The notes under the pieces were generated by a model. The model was not told the DNA's origin, made no database searches, and saw nothing but the letters and a program-made list of their open reading frames with translations. The position numbers and the translations under genes are program-made. Shown in pieces: positions 41,992 to 59,064 of a DNA stretch of 64,000 nucleotides (the first letter of the stretch is position 1; each line of letters opens with the position of its first letter). Source of the stretch: the human T2T-CHM13v2.0 reference genome, Homo sapiens; assembly GCF_009914755.1 (NCBI RefSeq), contig NC_060941.1; one strand, written 5' to 3'.

Positions 41992-42130
41992 CTGCATCAT
42001 TGGCATCATCGAGTTTGGGAATTCCCTTGATTCTATTATGTTTTACAGCTGAACACTTCTTGTTTAACTGGACTTGGGCCTTAAACTTCACCCAGTTTAG
42101 TATGCTTTCTACAATACCACAGCCAATGGC
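41992..42130 (-). CDS. TOP2A: TOP2A exon 11 (AIGCG...ANDA)
   Basis: 139 nt, AG/GT bounded. Confidence 0.97.
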
Positions 42131-42453
42131 CTGAAAACGAGAAGATTCATATTAGGGATCATATTAGGGAAGAAGGGATCTATCAGAAATCTAGAATACA
42201 AATGAGCCTTAATACAAATAAAAATGATTCAAAAATTAAAAAGATGTAGAACAATAATTTCTGGATAGAGGGTGGCACATCTTCCCATGTCAGGTTATCA
42301 CCACTGAGGGAGCTGCTCCTTTTGGTTCATTCGTTCAATAAATATTTACTATATAATTATATTGTGCTAGCACTGAGCTACTTGTTGGAGATATAGTGGT
42401 TAAAACAAATTAGACCAGGCACGGTGGCTCACGCCTATAATCCCAGCACTTTA

Positions 42454-42792
<339 letters not shown>

Positions 42793-43414
42793 TTAACCTG
42801 GGAGGCGCGGGTTGCAGTGAACTGAGATCAAGCCACGGCACTCCAGCCTGGGAAACAGTGAGAAGCTGTCTCCAAAAAAAAAAATTAAAAATAAATAAAT
42901 AAAATTAGACACAAATAAAACAAATTGAGACACTTGTCCTCATCAAGTTTAAGACACAACATAGAAGACAGACATAGCTGGGTGCAGTGGCTTACGCCTG
43001 TAATCACAGCACTTTAGGAGGCCGAGGATGGTGGATCAAGTGAGGCCAGGAGTTCAAGACCAGCCTGGCCAACATGGTAAAACCCCATCTCTATTAAAAA
43101 TACAAAAATTAGCTGGATGTGATGGTGCATGTCTGTAATCCCCGCTACTCAGGAGGCTGGAGAATCCCAGCTACTCAGGAGGCAAGGAGAATCGCTTGAA
43201 CCTGGGAGGCAGAGATTGCAATGAGCCAGGATTACGTCACTGCACTGTAGCCTGGGCAACACAGCAAGACTCTGTCTCAAAAAAAAAAAAAAAAAAGACT
43301 GGGCACAGTGGCTCATGGCTGTAATCCCAACACTTTGGAAGGCCGAGATGGGTGGATCATTTGAGGTCAGGAGTTTGAGACCAGCCTGACCAACATGGTG
43401 AAACCCTGTCTCTA

Positions 43415-44450
<1,036 letters not shown>

Positions 44451-44607
44451 TAAATCAGTTAAAGTAAAGCCCTTTTTTACTTCCTTTTCAGATTGGGAAG
44501 ACTTGGAGAAGCTCACTATGAGAAGAATCATTGTTTCTGCAGAGCTAAGAAGTGCAATGGAAAATAAAGTCAGGTGTTTCTATTTTTATTTTCCTCTAAG
44601 TACTCAC

Positions 44608-44745
44608 AGCTTTGATAAATTTTTCACTCAATTGGCATGTTGATCCAAAGCTCTTGGGTTGTAAAGTCATGTTTTCTTTTGTCTGAGAGTCAAAGGTTGG
44701 GTTTTCAATTAAGGCATTTACAAAAATCCACATGTGATTTTTCAC
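44608..44745 (-). CDS. TOP2A: TOP2A exon 10 (VKNHM...FIKA)
   Basis: 138 nt; QTK loop. Confidence 0.97.
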
Positions 44746-44852
44746 CTGCAATAGAAGTTGATATTAAGCCACTAAAAATGTACTCATGCTTTATTTATAG
44801 CCTTTCTCTTCTTCCTTGACTTTAGAAAAAGAAAACTGCCAAAAGCACATAC

Positions 44853-44954
44853 CTGATGTGCTTTTACTGCAACACCACCCTTGTTCTTCTTCTTCACAAC
44901 ATCAACAAGTTTAGTCACAATCTGATCAGCTACATAATCAACATGTCTGCCACC
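44853..44954 (-). CDS. TOP2A: TOP2A exon 9 (GGRHV...KAHQ)
   Basis: 102 nt, AG/GT bounded. Confidence 0.97.
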
Positions 44955-45143
44955 CTAATAAGGAAAAATACCAAACTGTAAAACTCAGTATCCTCAAAAT
45001 TATAATAATCAAACATTAAAAACTAATTTAACCTCCTTTATACTAAGCTAGCCCAATATTCAAGTCCACTTTATATATTAAAAACAATAAGAACACATAT
45101 ATGTAAAGATAAATCATGATTAATAATTTAAGAATAAAATTAC

Positions 45144-45317
45144 CTTGGATGTAGCAATGCTGTTGACAAAGCTAATTTGCTGAAAGCCTTTTTCACTCAT
45201 AGTTAAACACACTTCCCACCTGTGGTTTACTTGTTCATGTATTACTTTCAAGGAGTTACCAGTTTCATCCAACTTGTCCTTCAAATACATGTCCACATAA
45301 CTACGAAATCCTTTTAC
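45144..45317 (-). CDS. TOP2A: TOP2A exon 8 (VKGFR...ATSK)
   Basis: 174 nt, AG/GT bounded. Confidence 0.97.
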
Positions 45318-45925
45318 CTGTACAGGAATTAAAGGTAACAGTATTAAGAAAGTTATTAAAAAATAGGTTCAATGATAGACTATGAGGACTTTCCAAAACC
45401 AATGCAATGATGTTCACTGATAGGCATAAGGGAATGGTCATTAAAGGACACAGGCCGAGGTGGGTGGATCACTTGAGCCCAGGAGTTCAAGACCAGCCTG
45501 GGCAACATAGTGAGATCCCCACCTCTATTAAAAAGAAAAAAAAAAATTAGCTGGGCATGGTGGTGCTGCCTGCATTTCCAGCTACTCCAGAAGCTGAGGT
45601 GGGATGATCGCTTGAGCCTGGGAGGTCCAGGCTGTAGTGAGCCGTGATTGCATCACTGTACTCCAGCCTGGGTGACACAGCGAGGTTATCAAGAAAAGAA
45701 AGAAAAAGGAAAATAAAAAAAGGACATGAAATATTTATTTTAGGTGTTTCTTTGAGAAAGAAATTCCTTCGGTAAGTTTAAAATGAGCTGATTAAAAAAT
45801 GTGGCATACCATTCTCTTTTCAAGAACATATGTGAGAAGTGGTAAGAAAATACATATGGTTGGGCCAGGTGCAGTGGCTCATGCCTGTAATCCCAGCACT
45901 TTGGGAGGCCAAGACGGGTGGATCA

Positions 45926-46253
<328 letters not shown>

Positions 46254-46257
46254 TCAC

Positions 46258-46470
46258 TGGCAGTTTATTTCCATTAAGAAAGACTTTGACATCTTTGGTG
46301 GATCCAGCAATATCATATGCTCTTCTGACCATTAGTGCAACAATATCTTTGTCCAGGCTTTGCATTTTAAACTTAGACAAATCAGGCTGAAAGGTGATAC
46401 ATGTATAATCTTCTCCATTGAAGGGCTTGAGTTCCATCTCACCAGCTCTTCCCATATTATCCATCCATGT
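46258..46470 (-). CDS. TOP2A: TOP2A exon 7 (TWMDN...NKLP)
   Basis: 213 nt; matches ORF track. Confidence 0.97.
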
Positions 46471-46693
46471 CTATGGAAGTAAAGAATAGGAAACATGAAA
46501 AATTCAAGTCATCTCACAAACTGGAAGTAAATAACATAAATTTATGAGTCCTAATAACCTAATATATATGCTTATAATTTTCCATACTTCAATAGCTTAT
46601 AAATTATGTTAAATTAAACCAATCATTAATGCCATTATAAATGGCTATACTACTACCATTTATCATTAAGGTACAAGACACTTATTTACTTGC

Positions 46694-46791
46694 CTGTTTG
46701 AACATTTTCTTGTATTCTCTACTGGCTGTTTCCACAGTAAATTTGGTACTGAATATGTTACACAATTTGGCTCCATAGCCATTTCGACCAC
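46694..46791 (-). CDS. TOP2A: TOP2A exon 6 (GGRNGYGAK...MFKQ), GC donor
   Basis: 98 nt; GxxGxG ATP lid; reading frame requires donor CAG|GCAAGT. Confidence 0.95.
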
Positions 46792-46978
46792 CTGGGCAAA
46801 TAAATATGAAACACTATTTTATTGTTACTATCTCATTGACAGCTTTATTTCTTAATCACTGGCAGAGCTATTCAATTATAGAGATTTATTTCCATATCTT
46901 TAACCCTCATGCCACAGACAGTCATTTAAATATATATATTTTTAGCAACAAATATGTTATTTCCCCTCAATACTCTAC

Positions 46979-47124
46979 CTGTCACTTTCTTTTCATCATC
47001 ATCATAGTTACTAGAAGTTAGGAGCTGTCCAAATATGAGAGCTGGGACATACATCTTTTCAACTTTGTGTTCAACAACAGGAATACCTTTTCCATTATTC
47101 CATATACTAATTAAATTGTTTTCC
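46979..47124 (-). CDS. TOP2A: TOP2A exon 5 (ENNLI...KKVT)
   Basis: 146 nt; NNGKGIP motif. Confidence 0.97.
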
Positions 47125-47887
47125 CTAAGAAAAAAAGATTGAAAATTGTATTTTACAACACATTAAACGAATGCTTAACATTTAAAAATATTTAAATACT
47201 ATTATTTCTAAAATATGTATATTCAGGCTGGGCGCGGTGGCCTGTGCCTGTAATCCCAGCACTTTGGGAGGCTGAGGAGGGCAGATCACTTGAGGCCAGG
47301 AGTTCTGGCCAACATGTTGAAACCGTCTCTACTAAAAATAAAAAAAATTAGCCAGGCATGGTAGCGCATGCCTGTGATTCCAGCTACTTGGGAGGCTGAA
47401 GCAGGAGAACTGCTCAAAGTGTTGGGGTTATAGATGTGAGCCACCATACCCAGCCCTCAATTTTTTTGGCACTTTTCATATATACCTTCTGAAATTCAGC
47501 AGGAACATTTCCCACCATGCTTAGTTCCTGACATTCCTGAAATAGGAGTCAAGAGGAAAAAAAAACCTTTTCCAACACCTGAATAGACACTGATAATGTT
47601 GAAAAAATACAAAATTTTAAAATGTTAGGATAAACAGAGGGAAATGATTTATGCCCAATGGAAAGAAAAGGACAATCTGGAAACATTATTATACACCACT
47701 CCCACTCCTTTTTTGAGACAGCATCTCGCTCTGTCACCCAGGCTGCAGTGTAATGGCAGGATCACAGCTTACTGCAGTCTTGACCTCCTGGGCTCAAGCA
47801 ATCCTCCCACTTCAGCCTCCTGAATAGCTGGGACTACAGGTGTCCATCACCACACCTGGCTAATTTTTAAATTTTTTGTAGAGATGA

Positions 47888-48389
<502 letters not shown>

Positions 48390-48530
48390 TCATAAACTGC
48401 CTTGCTCTCAAATAAAATGCTGAAAACTTATTTCAGTTATTTTAAGTTAATTCTTGGATGGTACTATATTTTAGTTAATAACTCGATATACATTATGGTT
48501 CTTGTTCTACATAGTACTTATTATCTATAA

Positions 48531-48758
<228 letters not shown>

Positions 48759-49503
48759 TAGCCAGGATGGTCTTGATCTCCTGACCTTGTGATCCGCCCG
48801 CATCGGCCTCCCAAAGTGCTGGGATCACAGGCATGAGCCACCGTGCCTGGCCCTAGCTCAACATTTTTTAAAGACTATGATATTGAGTCCTTAGGAAAAT
48901 CCAGGTATACTTTGTCATAATCAATCAGACTAACAAAAAAGTGAAATAAGCACCCTGATCACCCACTAAGGGACACCCCGCATTTATAAGCAGAAATGTC
49001 AGATCAAATTATTCTCTACCACCACCTACTGGTTTACTGTTTGAATAGCATCATGAGAAAAAGTTAAAACTCCAGATGCCAGAATACTTAAAGCAATTAC
49101 TGAAGGTGCTTGCTCAAATATTTAGGGATTAGGTGTCATAAGTCCTGTAATTTATTTTGAAATGATCCAGAGCAAATAGGCCGCGTGCCATGGCACACAC
49201 CCATAATGCCAACACTGGAGGATTGCTTCAGGCCAGGAGTTCTAAGACCAGCCCAGGCAAAATAGCAAGACCCCTTCCTCTAAAAAAATTAACTAATTAA
49301 AAAAAAGATGGAGAAAATATGGAAAAACGTTGGCAACTGTTGGATCTAGGTGGTGGGTATCCATAGGTTTTTCATTTTAGCATTCTGCTTTTGTGTACTT
49401 TTCTCAACTTCTGTTTAGGAAAAGCCAACTTCACCAGTAATCAAAATACATGCAGCTAACAATAGCAACGAGCTACATAACAAAAACTAAGCAAAAGACG
49501 TAC

Positions 49504-49567
49504 GGATCAATTGTGACTCTAATACAAGACATTTTTGGGTCCCTTTGTTTGTTGTCCGCAGCATTAA
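49504..49567 (-). CDS. TOP2A: TOP2A exon 4 (VNAAD...TIDP)
   Basis: 64 nt, AG/GT bounded; GHKL ATPase N-box. Confidence 0.96.
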
Positions 49568-49920
49568 CTGAAAGAAAATAAAATATACATTTGTAAGAAA
49601 TTAGTGTTTTAAAAAACATTCTGTAACTCTAAGTAAGATATAGAAAAAAAAGTTCCCAAACAGCACAGGAGTGGCATTAACAAGGTGTTAATTTAGCAAT
49701 TTTTGTCCATAGTACTGTTTCTACGAGAAGCTCAACCTCCTGGGCTCCAGGAAACCAGCTCACCTTTATCAACTGATTGAAATGACAGGAGCCCTGGCTA
49801 CAGCAGGTTTGGTAGAAATGATACTTTTTGTTTTTACTTTTATCTTTTTTAAATTTTTATTTGGAATGATACTTCTTATGAAAGATTTGACCAGATCTTT
49901 ATATTAAAGGATTTACTCAC

Positions 49921-50011
49921 CTAGAATCTCATCAAAGATTTTGTACAAACCAGGAACAAAAGTGACTTCCCTATAGTTAATGCCAACATCTTCATCGTAA
50001 ACCCACATTTG
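49921..50011 (-). CDS. TOP2A: TOP2A exon 3 (QMWVY...FDEIL)
   Basis: 91 nt, AG/GT bounded. Confidence 0.97.
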
Positions 50012-50125
50012 CTAGAAATAAGGCAAAGAAATACTGTTATTTTTATTCTATATTCATTGTTCTGTTATCATGATTACCATAAAGTGTTCATATTAAGTAT
50101 TACCATATTTAGGCCAGTTCCAGTG

Positions 50126-50184
50126 ACACTCAGTACATGAGAGATACAGAAAGGTCACACTCAGTACATGAAAGGTACAGAAAG
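50126..50184. repeat. Two-copy tandem repeat (period 31) in TOP2A intron 2
   Basis: acactcagtacatgaRagRtacagaaag twice, 26/28 identical. Confidence 0.85.
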
Positions 50185-50238
50185 AAGAGTATCCATTTCA
50201 ACTACTAGGTTAACTGCCTTTGATGAGCTTGATTTTAC

Positions 50239-50394
50239 CTGGGTCACTAATTCCACAGAACCAATGTAGGTGTCTGGGCGGAGCAAAATATGTTCCAATT
50301 GTGTTTTCTTTTGATAGATTCTTTCAACAGACAGTCTTTTCTTAGCATCTTCATTTTTCTTTATTTTGTTGACTTGCATATTTTCATTTACAGG
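50239..50394 (-). CDS. TOP2A: TOP2A exon 2 (PVNEN...ELVTQ)
   Basis: 156 nt, AG/GT bounded; matches ORF track. Confidence 0.97.
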
Positions 50395-50899
50395 CTAGCA
50401 ATTAAAAAAAAAGAGAGAAAGAAGGGAATTTTTAATCATAAGTTTACCCTAAACTAGGAACAAAATGCCTACCATAGTGAGATGTCAACATGCATTGCAA
50501 TCTGTTAGTAGGCAGTGGTGGAGTTGCCAGTTTTGTACAAATAGGACAATTTAAATTCGCTGCGGCCAGGTCCCCAGGTGTCAGGTTAAACAGACACATA
50601 TTATCTCACCAAGTGGGTCTGTCTGGAAACCTCTTTTCTTGAGCAACATGGTAGATGTCATCAATAAAATACACCCACTTCTTTCAGTTCCTGCATACAT
50701 TATTTACCGAGTGCCTATTATTATAAATTATTTACGGTGTCCCGAGCACACGACACCGTAAATAATTCTAGTTCGGCAGCAGCAGTTTGGGCGGCTATCC
50801 GTTCAATCCCTTGGCCACCTGAGCGTTGTGAACTCAGGAAGGGGGCGCTTTTGTAAGCTGGCCAGCTGCTCCAGAGAAACACTGTGCTAGGCTCTGCCC

Positions 50900-51700
50900 T
50901 TTCCAAGATCGGGGACATTCAAGACCGTTTTCAAGCAGCGGGCAGGAGGGGAAAGCATCTGTACGCGCGACTCAATAACGTCGCACCCGGGCCGCTGTAA
51001 CATGGATCCACTACGGGACCAACGGACTCCTGCCCCTAGAAACAGGGCAACAACGCACGACACCCTGGAAGCCGGGTCATACTTCACTACTAGCACCAGA
51101 AGGGGCTTCCGCCTCTCCACGATCACCCCGGAACCGGGAATGGAGAATATGGGCTCCCAAGCCGGTCGCCGGCCTGACCGCAGCCCCAGAGCTTCACCCG
51201 TCACGGGCGGCCAGAGAGATGCCCGGGCCGCGCGGAGGCTCCACCGCCAGTCCCCCCCGCGAGCCGTACCTGCAATGGTGACACTTCCATGGTGACGGTC
51301 GTGAAGGGGCTCAAGAACCCTGAAAGCGACTAAACAGGCAGGACCCCACGAGACCACCCCCGACCAAGCCGCTTCTCCACAGACGCGCGTCGGTTAGGAG
51401 AGCTCCACTTGAACCTTCCTTTAGCCCGCCCGAAGCAGACCAGCCAATCCCTGACTCGCTCTCACCGTCTCCGTCCAGAAGAACCAATCGTAGCTTGCCT
51501 TTTATATCCACCTATGAACGGCTGAGTTGGCCGGGGTTTGTTTGAATAAACCAATCAGGTTAGGGAGGCGGGACTAGAGAGGCTTCAAAAGGCACCACTC
51601 GGCGTCATAGCGGAGAGATTGACAGGGAATCTGGCCAATGAGAAGGGCTCACTTGTTTTCTCGTGCGGAAAGCTTGGAAGAGATGGGCTTTGGAAGCGGG
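50900..51700. promoter_or_regulatory. CpG island over promoter, exon 1 and start of intron 1
   Basis: High GC and CpG density by eye; boundaries approximate. Confidence 0.85.
51270..51290 (-). CDS. TOP2A: TOP2A exon 1 coding part (MEVSPLQ)
   Basis: accATGG Kozak context; donor CAG|GTACGG. Confidence 0.97.
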
Positions 51701-51945
51701 AAGGGGTGGCCTGAGGCAAAAGTGTGCAGGAGAAAAGCAAAGGATGTTTATTCTCCAGGAACTGCCAATCTATTTAAGATCCCTGAAATCTAAAAACTGT
51801 CCTCTGTTCTGACGTTGTTAGCGAGGGGAATGGGAGCCTTAGCTTCGTTTTCCTGAGGAAACTGAGTGCCGGCTTTCTGGACAGGCAGCCTGGCTGCTTG
51901 GTTGAAGCGAACAGATTCTGGCATCTGCCTCAACCCCGCCCCCTT
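51400..51945 (-). promoter_or_regulatory. TOP2A: TOP2A promoter: GC1 (51424-51431), inverted CCAAT boxes ICB1-5 (51444, 51484, 51551, 51635, 51765), GC2 (51934-51943)
   Basis: Five CCAAT on + strand spaced 40/67/84/130 bp plus two GGGCGG boxes; matches the established NF-Y/Sp1 TOP2A promoter layout. Confidence 0.93.
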
Positions 51946-52656
51946 TACCCTCGAATTCATTTTTCAAAGAAATAAAAGTAGGCTGTGTGCGGTGGCTGGA
52001 GTCTGTATTCGCAGCACATTGGGAGGCCGAGGCGGGAGGATCGCTGGAGCCTAGGAGTTGGAGACCAGCCTGGGCAACATAGCGAGACCCCGTCTCTACC
52101 CAAAAAGGAAAAAAAATAGCCAGGCGAGGCATCGCACACCTGTAACTCCAGCTCCGGAGGCTGAGGAGGGAGGATCGCTTGAGCCCCGGGGATCGGAGAT
52201 CGAGGCGCCTTGAACCGTGATTGCTCCACTGCACTCCAGCCTGAGTGACAGAGCGAGGCCACCTCAAGAGATAAATACATAAATAAATAAATAATAAAAA
52301 TAATTAAAATAAAAGTGCCACAGTTGTGGTTTGGGGGTTCCATATAGTGGAAGGATGTAGAAAGGCTTTGCAAAATGGAGGGCAGCATTCAGGTCCCCAG
52401 TAGAGCAGCGCTGGACTGCAACTGGTAAATCGAAAGGGATAACTTGTGGTGGTAGCCTCTTGAGCTGAGGGTGGGCTCAGCCGTCCGGGGCTGAAACCTT
52501 TTCCGCAGCCAGCTGGCCAGATACCCTCCGACTGGCTAGTTTTGCTCACCTCCGTGAACCCTGCAGTCCAGAACAGCTGTTCCAATTTGACAAGGAAATG
52601 CCAAGACTGAAGCTTTTTTGTTTGCTTGTTTTTTTGTTGCTTTTTTTTTTTTTTGA

Positions 52657-52764
<108 letters not shown>

Positions 52765-53985
52765 TAGCTAGAATTACAGGCGCCTGCCACCACGCCTGGC
52801 TAATTTTTGTATTTTTTTAGTAGAGACAGGGTTTTGCCATGTTGACCAGGTTGGTTTCAAACTTCTGACCTCAAGTGATCTGCCCGCCTCAGCCTCTCAA
52901 AGTGCTGGGATTACAGGTGTGAGTCACTGTGCCCGGCGAAGACTGAAGTTTTAAAATTACTCTTACATATAAATGTTTGAGTGGATTAAACAAAGTTATT
53001 ACCCTTACAAGAAGCCAGAAAAAAAAAAACTGCACAATTTGAGTGCCTACTAATTCCAGCTGAGCCACCTCTTTCCATTCATTGCTTCCTTCCTCTACCT
53101 GGGTTTCAGTCCCAACTCAGCAATTTGCCATTCGTGTCATTTCGATGGAGGAAGCCTCTCGGTGCTTCCGTTTCCTCTCCTAAAAAGAATAATTAACTAT
53201 GATCTCAGAGTAGTGTGAGGGTTACATGAGAGAAGTGTAAGGTAAACAGTGGGCTGACAGTATTAGGTAGCAGGAATTTTCCTTAGGCTGGTGTGACAAT
53301 TGTGGATGTAATTTTTTTTTTCTTCTTCTAAAAGAAACCAGAGGTCAACCATTGTTACATAACCACAGTGTGTCAAGGGAGGGCCAATGGGGAGCCGTAT
53401 GATGTGGCAGGAAGCCAAGGATGGAAGTTGCCCATGGGCTAGGGGCACTCGGAAACCATAGGCATGGTGCTTCGGCATTGTTCTGCTCTCTTGACCTTTG
53501 GCTCCCTGGCCTCCAGCAGTCTCTGCGTGTTCCCAGCTCTGCTCTGCTCACCACATGTGTTAGAGAGCACAGGACCACCAGGGGCTCAGAGCAGTGGTAG
53601 GGAAGCTTGGCCAGTAGCCTCTGCTCAGCCAGAAGACTGACCAGGCCCTGGGATCCAGGGCCTGCATGCCACTCTCTGCAGGACACCCGAGGGCCCTGAC
53701 AGAAACCAGCCATGCTGGCTTCTACCTCCTAGAACGCACTACCTCCAAGGTAGTGGGGATGGTGGGCATGCTTCCCCAAGGATGGCAGCTCAGTTTCTGC
53801 AGCTCCCGGCCTCTACCCTGTAGCTCATCCCAGCCTGCAGTGACCCACTGGGCAATGAGGCAACAGGAATTTAACAAGCAGCTCCAGCCCTATTTTTTAG
53901 GGGCCCAGCTTTAAATCTGTCCTGCAGTTTAGCTGGATCCTGTGTGTCTTTGTTCCAAAAACCCAGAAGAAGTACTGTGGAGTCA

Positions 53986-54386
<401 letters not shown>

Positions 54387-54655
54387 TTATCCTTTATCAA
54401 AGACACAGAGGGCAAAATGAGATATGCAAGTGTCGGGGACAATCCTTTTCCAGCTCTGTAGCACAAGGTGGTCTTGCTCTGGCCCACCCCCCTTCTCTTC
54501 TGGGTACAAGCTATTTCTCTGCCAGTCCCTCCCTCTTCCCAGAGCCTATTGCAGGGGGTCCTGCAGGACTTGTGGGGACTATTGAAGAAAGAATAGTGGT
54601 GGGGGTCTGGGATGGGTGGGCCTGGAAGGCATTGCACACAAAGAGGGAACTGCAG

Positions 54656-54975
<320 letters not shown>

Positions 54976-55249
54976 GAACTGCAGGTGCCTGCCAGTCCTG
55001 GGAGGCAAGAAGGGGTTGGGGGTAGTTCCAGGGGGCTGTGGTGGGGGGAGGGGAAAGATACCATCCTCATTATCCACCCACCCTGCCCCCACTCTGCAGG
55101 GGCCCAAAGTAGCTACCTGGACATTACCCCCTCCCTCCCCCAACCTGTACTTGAATATGTGGTTGAGTACTTAAGGCAGATCCCTGACTAGGGTATTTGC
55201 TGGGTATATGACTTTGGGCAAGTCACTCAGTCTCCCTTACAAGTTCAGT

Positions 55250-56251
<1,002 letters not shown>

Positions 56252-57445
56252 ATCTAAAATGGGGATAATGGGAGTACCTCCTCCTGCTCTTCATAGGGTG
56301 AGCTATCCTCATTATCCACCCACCCTGCCCCACTCTGCAAAATTCTTACACCAAATTCTTAGTGCATTGTCTGGCAAGTAATAAGTGCTCAAGACATGTT
56401 AACAATGACTACCTCTGCTCCTTTCCAGGATCTTCCTTCCCTGCTAGTCCCACCAATTCCTTCTCCAAAACCAGCTCAAAATTCTCCTACCCAGGGAGCC
56501 TTCTCTGACAGTCTTTTTCATTGAACCTCCTCAAGTCTTTTGAGGTATATTTGCATATGCAGATAAGTTCCTTTTATAAGTATTCTTTGGTTGTTTTCTC
56601 CTGGGTTGTGTGCTTCCGTTCTTTCTGCTCTTTGGCAAGGGGAGGGAAGGTCCTGGAGGCATAGTGTCCCCTTCATGGATCTGGAAGGTCCCCTAGAAAG
56701 AGCAGCATTTCTTCTCTTTTGCAGGCTTTCCCAGCAGAAGGAGGCTGGACTGAAAGTGTGGCTCTGGATTTGGGGTTTGGAGCTGGCTAGGCTGGAGCCC
56801 ACTGGGAATTCCTGGATGAGGCTGAGCCAGCGCCAGAGTACTCAGGTGGTTAGGGCTGGGCCAAGAAGCTCTGTTTACCTTGAGGTTGACAACTGGCGAG
56901 CCTGGTCAGTTTATTTATTTATTTATTTTTATTTGTTTATTTTTTTACCAGGGATACCAGCCTCTGGTTGGAGGAGGCCAAGAAAACCCAAAATGTCCCA
57001 TACAGCCTAGCCTCTAGGTGGCCCCTGTCAAAGAAATGTGGACAAAGTTGGGAGGAGAGCAAGGGAGGTTACAGAGGGGAGCAGTTCAGGACCAGAGTTG
57101 AGTAATCCCTAAGTCTGCACAGAAGTTCCCTATCCATCAAAAATTTTAAAATGTACACACCTTGTAACTCAGCAGTTTAAATTCTAGGAATACTGAATTC
57201 AATCAATTCAATTCAGTTGTGGAATTGTGCAAAGATGTATGTACATATGTATAGGATTATTGCAATGTTGGTGGTTTTCTTTTTCTTTTCTTTTTCTTTT
57301 TCTTTTTTTTTGAGACGGATTCTTGCTGTGTCGCCCAGGCTGGAGTGCAGTGGTGCAATCTCGGCTCACTGCAACCTCCGCCTCCTGGGTTCAAGTGATT
57401 TTTCCTGGCTCAGCTTCCTGAGTAGCTGGGACTACAGGCACATGA

Positions 57446-57625
<180 letters not shown>

Positions 57626-57788
57626 TAACTGGCAGCAAGCTAATGGAATGAAATGATATGCAGCTATTAAAGAGATGGACATTGGTCTAAGTGTACTGAT
57701 ATGGAGGTATCTCTAAGATATACTGTTAAGTTTTTTAAAAAGTGAGGCAAATACTGTCTAGAGCATAATTCCATTTGAGTAAATAAAA

Positions 57789-57912
57789 TTATATATATTA
57801 TACATACATATATGTGTATACCCATATGTGTATATATTATATATACATATATGTGTATACACATATATGTGTATATATATGGATTGAGTATATATATATG
57901 TATATATATATG
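57789..57912. repeat. (TA)/(CATA)/(TG) compound microsatellite
   Basis: Direct reading. Confidence 0.9.
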
Positions 57913-57984
57913 GATTGAGAATATCTGGAAGGAATTGTAAGGAGGTGGAGGGAAAGGAAGACTTCCTTTCTTCTTTCTTTTTGA

Positions 57985-58308
<324 letters not shown>

Positions 58309-58767
58309 TAAAAGTAAGGTCACCCTTCTCACCCCTGTCACCTTCCCCCACCTCATTGAAGGCAGGCATACCTGTCTATACACGTTTGTGTAAGAATGTA
58401 ATTTTTATAGATAAAGATAGATTATCAGTAGACTTGGGAACTCAGTGCTAAGAACTCTGCAGAAAAGTTAAATCTTTGGACCAAAGTAAGGGACACTGTG
58501 CTGTGGTGAGAAGTCCCAGACCAGCTCTGCTGTCCCTAGTTGCACGAGCTTGGGTAAATCCCCTTCTCTCTCTAGTTTTCAGTTTCCCCACCTGTAAACT
58601 GAAGTTGAGGTACCCCAGCTAGAGGATTGGGTTGCAAAATGCCTTCTTCACAGTCTCAGAGAGGTGATAGTGAGGCCGGGCATGGTGGCTCACGCCTGTA
58701 ATCCCAGCACTTTGGGAGGCCGAGGCGGGCAGATCACCAGGTCAGGAGATGGAGACCATCCTGGCTA

Positions 58768-59064
<297 letters not shown>

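Noticed and set aside
50887-51511. ORFs of 156, 97 and 66 aa overlapping TOP2A exon 1/intron 1
   Set aside because: Expected in a CpG island; the two minus-strand ORFs lack an ATG start and none has a recognisable domain.
56591-57010. 139-aa ORF upstream of TOP2A
   Set aside because: Non-ATG start, runs through an (ATTT)n tract, no domain.
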